Shown here: one piece after another, positions 19,648 through 27,862 of the stretch
How positions within the stretch are numbered: position 1 is the first letter of the stretch
How the letters are laid out: the number at the start of each line of letters is the position of its first letter
NCBI GenBank assembly: GCA_964416335.1
Contig: CAYQDN010000010.1
Coordinates: forward strand, 18,357-82,356
Reading direction: 5' to 3'
DNA: 64,000 nucleotides
Origin: an uncultured Azospirillum sp.
Lineage (GTDB): Bacteria > Pseudomonadota > Alphaproteobacteria > CACIAM-22H2
Translations under genes and position numbers: made by a program
The notes under the pieces: generated by a model
Told to the model about the DNA's origin: nothing
Seen by the model: the letters and a program-made list of their open reading frames with translations, nothing else
Database searches by the model: none

Positions 19648-19677
19648 GGGGGTGCAGGCTCGAATCCTGTCGCTCCG
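19648..19677 (+). other. Degenerate tRNA-Pro 3' fragment (att-site-like remnant)
   Basis: GGGGGT-GCAGG-CTCGAAT-CCTGT-CGCTCCG: a T-arm with TTC changed to CTC, plus an acceptor 3' strand like alphaproteobacterial tRNA-Pro; no 5' half and no CCA. Confidence 0.5.
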
Positions 19678-19801
19678 CCCGGTGCCCTGGACATTCCAAA
19701 TCCCGCGACACATCGACCGGAGAGATCTTGACCGACCGGCAGTGATCAAGCCAGTCTTGGTCGCGAGAAGAACAGTCAAGAAGCAGAATAAGGGAGGCCC
19801 C

Positions 19802-21055
19802 GTGGTCAAGCGGCATGTCAAGACGGTCCGCAAGCGCAAGGCGTCCGTCTATGACGATAAGCTTATCGGCCGTAGTGGATCCGGCGCGGCTCGCTCGGGG
19901 CTCAAGATCCGGCATATCGACGCCTATCCCGTCTGGCTCGGGCACCGCAACCAGCTGCTCGTCAAGGTGACGGCGGACGACGGAACGTTCGGATGGGGCG
20001 AGTCCGGCCTTTCCGGGCGCGAACTCGCCGTCGTCGGTGCCATCGAGCATTATCGCGAGCTCCTCGTCGGCGAAGACCCGTTCCGCATCGCATCGATTTG
20101 GCAGAAGCTCTATCGCAGCCAGTATTTTGAAGGTGGTCGCGTGCTGACCGCTGCGATCTCTGCGATTGACATCGCTCTGCACGATCTCAAGGGAAAGGCG
20201 CTCGGTCTTCCGGTTCACGCACTCCTTGGCGGATGCGTGCGTGATCGCGTGCCCAGTCTCGCTTCGACCAACGCGACGTCTGCAGCCGAAACGCTGGCAC
20301 AGGCAAAAGCGTTCGTCGCTGACGGATTTGACGTCGTGCGGCTGAGCATGCTCGACAGGGGCGAGGCCGAAGGTGTGTACGAGCCGCGCAGTTCGCTTGT
20401 CGCGACTGCCAAGTCGATGGTCGCCGCGCGCGCCGCGTTGGGGGCCGGCGTGATGCTCGGCGTCGATTTCCATCACCGTCTTTCGGTCGCCGAGACGATA
20501 TCGTTCTGCCAGCGCATGCCGCGCGGTACGCTCGATTTTCTCGAAGAACCGATCCGAGACGAAACGCCCGAGGCCTACGAGGTACTGCGACGCTCGGTCG
20601 ACGTGCCGTTTGCCATCGGCGAGGAGTTTTCGTCGAAATGGCAGGCATTGCCGTTCGTCGAGCGCGGGCTTTCCCAATACATGCGGCTCGACGTCTGCAA
20701 CATCGGCGGCTTCACCGAAGCGCTGAAGGTCGCCGGTTGGTGCGAGGCGCATTATGTCGATCTGATGCCTCACAATCCGTTGGGTCCGATCTGCACGGCC
20801 GCGTCGATCCATCTCGGTGCCGTCGTCCCGAACTTCACCTGGCTCGAATACAACCGTTCTCGGTTCCGTCCTCAGCCGGAAGCCGAGCGCGCCCTGTTCC
20901 CGAATGCCCCGGGCCTTACGGGGACTTCCTTCGAGATCTCGAATGCTCCCGGAATTGGTATCGAAGTGGACGAGAAGCAGCTCGGCAAGGACAAGTTCCG
21001 GCACTGGAATCCGCCGATGCTGCGGCGGGGCGACGGAAGCCACACGAATTGGTGA
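19802..21055 (+). CDS. Mandelate racemase/enolase-superfamily acid-sugar dehydratase (galactonate/mannonate dehydratase-like)
   Basis: GWGESG, AISAIDIALHDLKGK, VDFHH, FLEEP, IGEE, MPHN; GTG start behind GGGAGG. Confidence 0.87.
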   Translation: MVKRHVKTVRKRKASVYDDKLIGRSGSGAARSGLKIRHIDAYPVWLGHRNQLLVKVTADDGTFGWGESGLSGRELAVVGAIEHYRELLVGEDPFRIASIWQKLYRSQYFEGGRVLTAAISAIDIALHDLKGKALGLPVHALLGGCVRDRVPSLASTNATSAAETLAQAKAFVADGFDVVRLSMLDRGEAEGVYEPRSSLVATAKSMVAARAALGAGVMLGVDFHHRLSVAETISFCQRMPRGTLDFLEEPIRDETPEAYEVLRRSVDVPFAIGEEFSSKWQALPFVERGLSQYMRLDVCNIGGFTEALKVAGWCEAHYVDLMPHNPLGPICTAASIHLGAVVPNFTWLEYNRSRFRPQPEAERALFPNAPGLTGTSFEISNAPGIGIEVDEKQLGKDKFRHWNPPMLRRGDGSHTNW

Positions 21056-21160
21056 GGCAACGGCCGGCGCGCAGCGGTAACATTTTAAGGGTTTTAGAGC
21101 GGGTGCCCAGCTTTTCGGCAATGGTGGCACGAAGTTATCGCTCTCGCTCCCAGTTCGGCG

Positions 21161-21190
21161 TTGACAGCGTGTCCTAACATCAATCATCGT
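21161..21190 (+). promoter_or_regulatory. Candidate sigma70 promoter for the 21258-27789 operon
   Basis: Perfect TTGACA at 21161; weak -10 (CATCGT). Confidence 0.35.
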
Positions 21191-21257
21191 TTGGAAAATT
21201 TGCGGCCAGGGAGGTTGTCTGTTTGCCGGAGTCGGCAAAGGGCAGAGGGCATAGCGA

Positions 21258-22451
21258 ATGAAAATCGTGGACTTGAAGTGCGCGGTCATCGGCAAGAATC
21301 CGATCGTGCGGATCGTGACCGACCAGGGCATCAGCGGCTTTGGCGAAGTCGAGCAGTACAAACCCTATCTCAAGCCATTTGTTCTCCAGTTCAAGGAGCC
21401 GCTGCTCGGCGCAGACCCGACCGATGTCGAACGGACGATGCTGCGCATTCGGCAGCGCGGCGCATTCAAGCCCTATGGTGCTGCCGTCAGCGCCATCGAA
21501 ATGGCGTTGTGGGACGTTGCGGGCAAGGCGGCGGGCCTGCCGGTCTACAAGCTTCTCGGCGGCAAGGTACGCGACCGTGTGCGCGTTTATAACGGCGCAC
21601 TGCGTGTCCGGATGCCGCGCTACCGGCCTGAGGATCTCGCCGCCGAGATGAAGCGGATGCTGGCATTGCCGGAAGGCTTTACGATCGTCAAGCAGGGCAT
21701 ATCGTTCCATAGTCCGATGAAGCGCGAGCCGGGCTATTTCTATGGCGACGTCGAACAGAGCACGCTGCATGGATGGCTCGATCGCGGCCCGATGACCGAG
21801 CGTGGTATGAACTACACGCTGGAATGCGTTGCCGCGATGAAGGAAGTTCTGGGCGACAAAGTCGGGCTCGCTCTCGATTGTGGCCCCGGCTGGATGCTTC
21901 CGGATGCGATCCGGTTCGCGCGCGCTGTCGAGAAGCACAATCTGATGTGGCTCGAGGACATGCTGACGGGCGACTATGTGCCGTTCGTCAATGCCGACGT
22001 GTACCGGGACCTAACGCAGTCGACATCGACGCCGATCCACACCGGCGAGCAGATCTATCTGCGGCAGAACTTCAAGGACCTCATTGAGCGTCAGGCTGTG
22101 CGTGTCGTCGGTCCGGATCCGTGCGACGTGGGCGGTATTGCAGAGCTCAAATGGATTGCGGAGTTTGCCGACCTGCACGGAATCCTGATGGCGCCGCACG
22201 GCACGGGCAATGGAGTTCTCGGGCTTGCGGCTCTCGTGCAGGTCTGCGCGACGCTGCCGCACAACTTCATCGCCTTCGAGTATCCGGCGGGAGATCCAGC
22301 CTGGTGGTACGATATCGTGGACGGGCTTCCAAATCCGATCGTTCGCGATGGGTTGATCGCTGTCTGGGATCGTCCAGGTATGGGCGTCGACATCGTGCCC
22401 GAGCGTGCGCGGCGCTATCTGCTGGAGGAGGACAAGTCTTTCTTCGACTGA
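21258..22451 (+). CDS. Mandelate racemase/muconate lactonizing enzyme family protein
   Basis: SAIEMALWDVAGK, ALDCG, WLED, HTGEQ, MAPH. Confidence 0.9.
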   Translation: MKIVDLKCAVIGKNPIVRIVTDQGISGFGEVEQYKPYLKPFVLQFKEPLLGADPTDVERTMLRIRQRGAFKPYGAAVSAIEMALWDVAGKAAGLPVYKLLGGKVRDRVRVYNGALRVRMPRYRPEDLAAEMKRMLALPEGFTIVKQGISFHSPMKREPGYFYGDVEQSTLHGWLDRGPMTERGMNYTLECVAAMKEVLGDKVGLALDCGPGWMLPDAIRFARAVEKHNLMWLEDMLTGDYVPFVNADVYRDLTQSTSTPIHTGEQIYLRQNFKDLIERQAVRVVGPDPCDVGGIAELKWIAEFADLHGILMAPHGTGNGVLGLAALVQVCATLPHNFIAFEYPAGDPAWWYDIVDGLPNPIVRDGLIAVWDRPGMGVDIVPERARRYLLEEDKSFFD

Positions 22452-22516
22452 CGTAGGAAATTTCGAACGACGATCGGCACAAGATCGCGAAAGAAATCGA
22501 GCAACGGAGGAAGCCA

Positions 22517-24013
22517 ATGATGGATGCCATGAACGGGCGCGCTGTAAGCCGCCGGAAGTTTCTTGCATACACTACCGCAACCGCAGCGCTTGCAACCGGC
22601 TTTGCATCCGGTGCGTTCGCGCAAGGCAGCAAGACGGGCGTCGACCTGACGACATGGACGCCGCAATACATCTCGAGCATTGCCGGAACAGCCGAATATG
22701 ACACGGCGGCCGAATGCTATCGTATCGTCCCGAAGGACTATCGTGGCCGCGTCACGTACTGGTATTTCGGCCCGACTCAGGCGTCGCCGCAGATCGAGCA
22801 TGATCTCGACAAGGCCTTCTTCGCGGCATTCGCGGCAACCTATCCGAACATCACCGTTGTCGCGCAGAACCTGAACTACAACGAAATGCTCGATAAGCTG
22901 CGTACGTCTGCTCTGGGCAAGGCAACCCCGATGGTTGCGCGCCTACCGATCTTGTGGGGGGTGGAGTTCGCGGCAAAGGGCTATCTGCGCGAGTTCGGCC
23001 CGGCCGATATCGGCTTCGGCCAGGATGAGTTCTGGCCCGGCGCCCTCAAATCGGTGATGTGGAAGGGCAAGTCGTACGGCGTGCCGACCAACAACGAGAC
23101 CATGGCCCTGATCTGGAACGCCGGCATTTTCAAGGAGGCGGGCCTCAATCCGGAAGCGCCGCCCGAGACATGGGACGACCTCGTCAAGTATTCCAAGCAG
23201 ATCAAGGAAAGGACCGGCAAGAACGGCTATGGAATGGTAGCCCGTGTCAACGCCGGCAATACGCCATTCCGCTTCATGCCGCAGCTCTGGGCATATGGCG
23301 GTGGAGCGCTCGACGAAGCGGAAGGGAATCCAAACTACAAGGACATCTTCATCAACAATGCCGGTTCGAGGGCGGCGCTGCAGGCTTCGGTCGACATGTA
23401 TGTGCGTGACAAGTCAGTGCCTACGTCGGCGCTGACCAATACACAGAACGAGAATCAGGATCCTTTCCTCGCCGGGCAACTCGCGATGATGATCGCGCAT
23501 CCCGCCGAGTACGCGTTCATGCTCGATCGCGCCAAGAAAGCGACGGGGGCGGACAAGGCAACGGCGGAAGCGGTCGTGGGGAACATGCGTTACGGCTTCG
23601 TGCCCAAGGGCTCGTCGCGTCGCGCGATCGTGTTCGGCGGCAGCAATGCGCACATCTTCAATCCGAACATCGTCGAAGGCGGGCTCGATCTCAATGCCTC
23701 CAAGGCGCTTGTCACATTCATGACAGGGCCGGAGTGGTCGACCAAGATGGCATGGGTGGGTTCGAACCCCGGTAACGTGCGGGGCTTCCGCACGAAGTGG
23801 ATGAAGGAGCGGCTCGAGCAGATCAAGTTCCTCGATGTCACGACGTCGATGCTGCCTTACGGCATTCCGTTCCCGGTACTGCCGCAGTCGGCCGAGATCA
23901 TGAACATCATCGTGCCGAACATGCTGCAGAATGCCCTGACGCAGAAGATGACAGTGCAGCAGGCGACGGACGATGCCGCCAAGAAGATCAAGGACGTCCT
24001 TGGCGATCTCTAG
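22517..24013 (+). CDS. Carbohydrate ABC substrate-binding protein, Tat-exported
   Basis: SRRKFL Tat motif, AFA cleavage site, YGVP, PETWDDL. Confidence 0.88.
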   Translation: MMDAMNGRAVSRRKFLAYTTATAALATGFASGAFAQGSKTGVDLTTWTPQYISSIAGTAEYDTAAECYRIVPKDYRGRVTYWYFGPTQASPQIEHDLDKAFFAAFAATYPNITVVAQNLNYNEMLDKLRTSALGKATPMVARLPILWGVEFAAKGYLREFGPADIGFGQDEFWPGALKSVMWKGKSYGVPTNNETMALIWNAGIFKEAGLNPEAPPETWDDLVKYSKQIKERTGKNGYGMVARVNAGNTPFRFMPQLWAYGGGALDEAEGNPNYKDIFINNAGSRAALQASVDMYVRDKSVPTSALTNTQNENQDPFLAGQLAMMIAHPAEYAFMLDRAKKATGADKATAEAVVGNMRYGFVPKGSSRRAIVFGGSNAHIFNPNIVEGGLDLNASKALVTFMTGPEWSTKMAWVGSNPGNVRGFRTKWMKERLEQIKFLDVTTSMLPYGIPFPVLPQSAEIMNIIVPNMLQNALTQKMTVQQATDDAAKKIKDVLGDL

Positions 24014-24020
24014 CCGGATG

Positions 24021-24049
24021 GCGGGCCGGCCCGGAAGGTGCTGGCCCGC
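24021..24049 (+). other. Intercistronic stem-loop after the SBP gene
   Basis: GCGGGCCGGC-CC-GGAA-GG-T-GCTGGCCCGC, with a G-U pair on the sense strand and a GNRA loop. Confidence 0.55.
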
Positions 24050-24073
24050 TCCATTCTGCCAGTGGGCAACAGA

Positions 24074-25015
24074 GTGACGAACGCAGACCTCGGAAGATCG
24101 CCGATCCGGCGCGTGGGGCTGTTCGCCCGCATGTACCGACACCGGGCTGACTATCTTTACGTACTGCCGGCGATCGGCATCATGCTGCTCGTGATCGCCT
24201 ATCCGATCTACTACACGGTCTATCTCTCCTTCTTCAACACGCCGCCCAATCTCGCGCTCGAGGACAAGATATTCGTCGGCCTCGAGAACTACTCGCGCAT
24301 CCTTGCTGCGGAATCCTTCCACGAAGCGACCTGGAATACGCTCGTCTGGACCTTCTGGTCGACGCTGCTGGCGTTCGTGCTCGGGTTCGGTGCTGCCCTC
24401 GGGCTCAACCGGGTCTTCCGCGGGCGCGGGTTGCTGCGCGGTGTCCTGCTTGTCCCGTACGTGATCAGCGCGGTTGCCGCGTCCTATCTGTGGCGATGGA
24501 TATTCCACTCCGATTTCGGAGTCATTGGCGCGATCACGACCGCGACCGGGTTGACGCGCGGGCCGATCAATTTTCTGGACAGCCGCGACAACGCCATGGC
24601 TTCGCTGATAGTCGTCAACGTGTGGAAGGAATTTCCCTTCGCGATGATCATGATGCTCGCCGGGCTGCAGACGGTGCCTGACCAGCTTCTGCGCGCGGCC
24701 CGGGTCGACGGGGCAGGGGCGTGGAACCGGTTCTGGCACATTACCGTTCCGCATGTGCGCAGCGTCGTTCTCGTCACGGTCCTGTTGCTCCTGGTGACGA
24801 ACCTCAACAGCTTCACGATCCCCTACATCATGACGGCCGGTGGGCCGGCCGGAGCGACGGAGATCTGGATCACGCACATCTACCAGATCGCGTTCGGGCG
24901 CATCCGGTTCGGGCTTGCCTCTGCCTACTCCGTGGTTCTTTTCATCGTCATGATGGCGATGGGATATTTTTATGTGCGCGCTCTTACGCGCGGCGACGAC
25001 AAGGCGCCCCGATGA
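24074..25015 (+). CDS. Carbohydrate ABC permease (MalF/UgpA type)
   Basis: FVGLENY, LAGLQTVP, AARVDGA. Start uncertain (24038/24074/24131). Confidence 0.88.
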   Translation: MTNADLGRSPIRRVGLFARMYRHRADYLYVLPAIGIMLLVIAYPIYYTVYLSFFNTPPNLALEDKIFVGLENYSRILAAESFHEATWNTLVWTFWSTLLAFVLGFGAALGLNRVFRGRGLLRGVLLVPYVISAVAASYLWRWIFHSDFGVIGAITTATGLTRGPINFLDSRDNAMASLIVVNVWKEFPFAMIMMLAGLQTVPDQLLRAARVDGAGAWNRFWHITVPHVRSVVLVTVLLLLVTNLNSFTIPYIMTAGGPAGATEIWITHIYQIAFGRIRFGLASAYSVVLFIVMMAMGYFYVRALTRGDDKAPR

Positions 25016-25893
25016 GCGAACGGCACACCGAGCGATCGGTTCGGCGCCGTGTCCGCCGCGATCCGTGGGTAACCGCAGGGACGGTCCTGCTCGTCGCGCT
25101 GACGATGTTCGCCGTCATGCCGATGGCTTGGATGCTGGTCACGTCGATCAAGACGCAGTTCGCCGCCACCCAGTATCCGCCCCAATGGATTCCGGCGGAT
25201 CCGACACTCGACGAGTTCCGGCGACTGCTGTCGCCGGCCAGCGATGTCGGACGCGATTTCCTTCGCTATCTCGTCAACAGCATCTGGGTATCGTTCGCCA
25301 CCACCGCATTGGGCGTGGTCGTCGCGGTTCCGGCTGCCTACGCATTTTCGCGCTTCCGTTTCCCGGGCCGGAACCTGTTGTTCTATTCGGTCTTGCTGCG
25401 CAACATGTTTCCGGCGGTGGTGTTCCTGATGCCGCTCTTCATCATGATGCGCTGGCTGGGACTGGTGAACACGCACGCATCTTTGATCCTGACCTATCTC
25501 ACCTTCGGATTGCCGCTTTCGATCTGGCTGCTCAAGGGGTTCTACGACAATATCCCCGTGCAGCTCGAGCAAGCGGCACGCATCGACGGAGCGTCGCGAT
25601 TCAAGGCGTTCATCCTGATCGTCATGCCGCTCTCGACGCCCGGGATCATTGCGACGGCAATCTACTCCTTCATCATGGCGTGGAACGAGTATGTCTACGC
25701 CCTGACATTCATCAACGACAAGACGCGCCTGACGCTGTCGGTTGGATTGCAGCGGTTTTTCGCCGAATTCGCGACGAACTGGCCGGGCCTGATGGCCGCC
25801 TCATTCATCATGAGCGTACCGGTCGTCGTGCTTTTCCTTTTCTTGCAGAAGTATTTCGTCAAGGCGCTGACGGAGGGTGCGGTGAAGTCCTGA
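25012..25893 (+). CDS. Carbohydrate ABC permease (MalG type)
   Basis: AAYAFSRFRF, LEQAARIDGA, AWNEY; ATGA coupling. Confidence 0.9.
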   Translation: MSERHTERSVRRRVRRDPWVTAGTVLLVALTMFAVMPMAWMLVTSIKTQFAATQYPPQWIPADPTLDEFRRLLSPASDVGRDFLRYLVNSIWVSFATTALGVVVAVPAAYAFSRFRFPGRNLLFYSVLLRNMFPAVVFLMPLFIMMRWLGLVNTHASLILTYLTFGLPLSIWLLKGFYDNIPVQLEQAARIDGASRFKAFILIVMPLSTPGIIATAIYSFIMAWNEYVYALTFINDKTRLTLSVGLQRFFAEFATNWPGLMAASFIMSVPVVVLFLFLQKYFVKALTEGAVKS

Positions 25894-25920
25894 AGGGCTT
25901 TCCCGAAGAGAGGAACGAGA

Positions 25921-27015
25921 ATGGCACAAGTATGCCTGCGCGACGTGCTGAAGACCTACGGCGACTATAAGGCCGTCAACGACGTCTCGCTGACGGTCGA
26001 GGACGGGGAATTCGTGGCGCTGGTCGGGCCGTCGGGCTGCGGCAAGACGACGACGCTGAACCTGGTTGCCGGCCTGATCGAGATTACCGCCGGCGAAATC
26101 CGGATCGACGACCGGCTGGTCAACGATCTGGATCCGAAGGACCGCGATATCGCGATGGTGTTCCAGAACTACGCGCTCTATCCGAACAAATCTGTCTACA
26201 AGAACCTCGCGTTCCCCCTGCAGATGCGCAAGCTCGCGAAGGCGGACATCGACGTGAAAATCCGCTCGGCCGCGAAAGTTCTGGACATCGAGCATCTGCT
26301 GGAACGACGCCCGCGCGAGCTGTCCGGCGGCCAGCAACAGCGCGTGGCGCTTGGCCGTGCGCTGGTCCGCGATCCGAAGGTCTTTCTGATGGACGAGCCG
26401 CTGTCGAACCTGGACGCCAAGCTGCGTGTCCAGATGCGCGCGGAACTGAAACGGTTCCATCGCGACCTCGGCGCCACCGTGATCTATGTCACGCACGACC
26501 AGCTCGAAGCCGTGACGATGGCCGACAAGATGGCCGTGATGAAGGGCGGGCTGCTTCAGCAATATGACCGGCCCGAAACGGTCTTCGGAAATCCGATCAA
26601 TACGTTTGTGGCCGGTTTCGTCGGCAGCCCCGCGATGAATCTTGTACACGCCGAGGCCGCGCCGGGCGGGACCGCCGTACAGAGCGCCGAAGGCTGGCGT
26701 CTCGACCTGTCGGACCGCAATGCGCGGCGGATCGCGGCCGGCGGCGGGCGCAAGGTGATCGTCGGCGCACGGCACGGAACGATCCGTCTCGCGAAAGGCG
26801 TGGCGCCGGCTGGATCGGTACAGGGAACGGTCTACGCGGTCGAGCCGACGGGCGACATCACCTATGCGCACGTCAAGCTGGGGACCGCGATTCTCGTGAT
26901 CAGCGTTACGCCCGATTTCCGACTTTCGCCGGACGAGCCGGTTGCCATGAAATTCGATCAGGACCGGCTATATCTCTTCGATGGCGAAACCGGGCAGGCA
27001 CTTCCGGCTGCGTGA
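25921..27015 (+). CDS. Sugar ABC ATPase (MalK type)
   Basis: [32 protein letters not shown]. Confidence 0.93.
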   Translation: MAQVCLRDVLKTYGDYKAVNDVSLTVEDGEFVALVGPSGCGKTTTLNLVAGLIEITAGEIRIDDRLVNDLDPKDRDIAMVFQNYALYPNKSVYKNLAFPLQMRKLAKADIDVKIRSAAKVLDIEHLLERRPRELSGGQQQRVALGRALVRDPKVFLMDEPLSNLDAKLRVQMRAELKRFHRDLGATVIYVTHDQLEAVTMADKMAVMKGGLLQQYDRPETVFGNPINTFVAGFVGSPAMNLVHAEAAPGGTAVQSAEGWRLDLSDRNARRIAAGGGRKVIVGARHGTIRLAKGVAPAGSVQGTVYAVEPTGDITYAHVKLGTAILVISVTPDFRLSPDEPVAMKFDQDRLYLFDGETGQALPAA

Positions 27016-27042
27016 AGCGGCAAAATTTTCAGAAGGACATTC

Positions 27043-27789
27043 GTGAACATGATCGAGACCCACGACATCAAGCGTCCGTCCCAGGCACTGGTCGACGGGC
27101 TAAAGGCGATCGGTGCGGCCGCCGCAACGAGTACGCTGTTCAAGATCGGCGTCCGCAATGCCCACATCTGCGGACCGGTCAGCCGCAATCCGGGCAAGGC
27201 GATCGCCGGTCCCGCCCTGACCCTTCAGTTCATGCCAAAGCGCGAGGATCTGTACGGCGACGACGAATATGCCGACCCCGAACGCCAGTTGCATCGTCAC
27301 GTGCTCTATCATGCCCAGAAGGGCGACGTTGTCGTGGTTGACGCGCGCGGCGACCTGAAGAGCGGGATCTTCGGCGAAATGATGCTGACCTATTTCAAGG
27401 GGCGGGGCGGAGCAGGGGTCGTCATCGATGGCTGCATCCGCGACTACCCGAACTCGAAGGATCTCGATCTCGGCTTGTGGGTCCGCGGACTGACGCCCAA
27501 CTTCCACACCCAGACCGACCTCATGCCCTTCGCCGTCAACGTGCCGATCGCCTGCGGCGGCGTTCTGGTGATGCCTGGCGACATCATCGTGGCCGACGAC
27601 GACGGGGCGGTGTCGGTACCCGTGGCGTTGGCGGCAAAGGTCATCGAGGCCGCCAACAAGCATCATGAATGGGAGGATTTCTCCCGAGAGCGGCTCGCCG
27701 AGGGCGGTGACCTGCGTCGCTACTATCCCTTGTCCGATGCCGCCCGGCCGGAGTACGAAGCATGGAAGGCGAAGCGCGCGAAGCGATAA
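27043..27789 (+). CDS. RraA-like / HMG-CHA aldolase family protein
   Basis: GPALTLQFMPKRED, GIFGEMM, VIDGCIRD, PGDIIVADDDG. Confidence 0.85.
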   Translation: MNMIETHDIKRPSQALVDGLKAIGAAAATSTLFKIGVRNAHICGPVSRNPGKAIAGPALTLQFMPKREDLYGDDEYADPERQLHRHVLYHAQKGDVVVVDARGDLKSGIFGEMMLTYFKGRGGAGVVIDGCIRDYPNSKDLDLGLWVRGLTPNFHTQTDLMPFAVNVPIACGGVLVMPGDIIVADDDGAVSVPVALAAKVIEAANKHHEWEDFSRERLAEGGDLRRYYPLSDAARPEYEAWKAKRAKR

Positions 27790-27862
27790 TGCGCGCCGAT
27801 CTCTCAGCAGGTGTCGATGTACTGCCAGATTCGGCAAAACGACCGTATCGGTCAATGCCGCG

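Noticed and set aside
19648-19677. A functional tRNA gene
   Set aside because: No D-arm or acceptor 5' strand, mutated T-loop and no CCA; kept only as a remnant.
21091-21100. GTTTTAGAGC, identical to the start of the type II-A CRISPR repeat
   Set aside because: Single 10-mer that diverges immediately afterwards; no array and no cas genes.
27043-27789. RraA-like gene as the galC/ligK partner of the gallate dioxygenase, or as an RNase E regulator
   Set aside because: It lies 35 kb away in a sugar ABC operon; nothing in the sequence supports either role.
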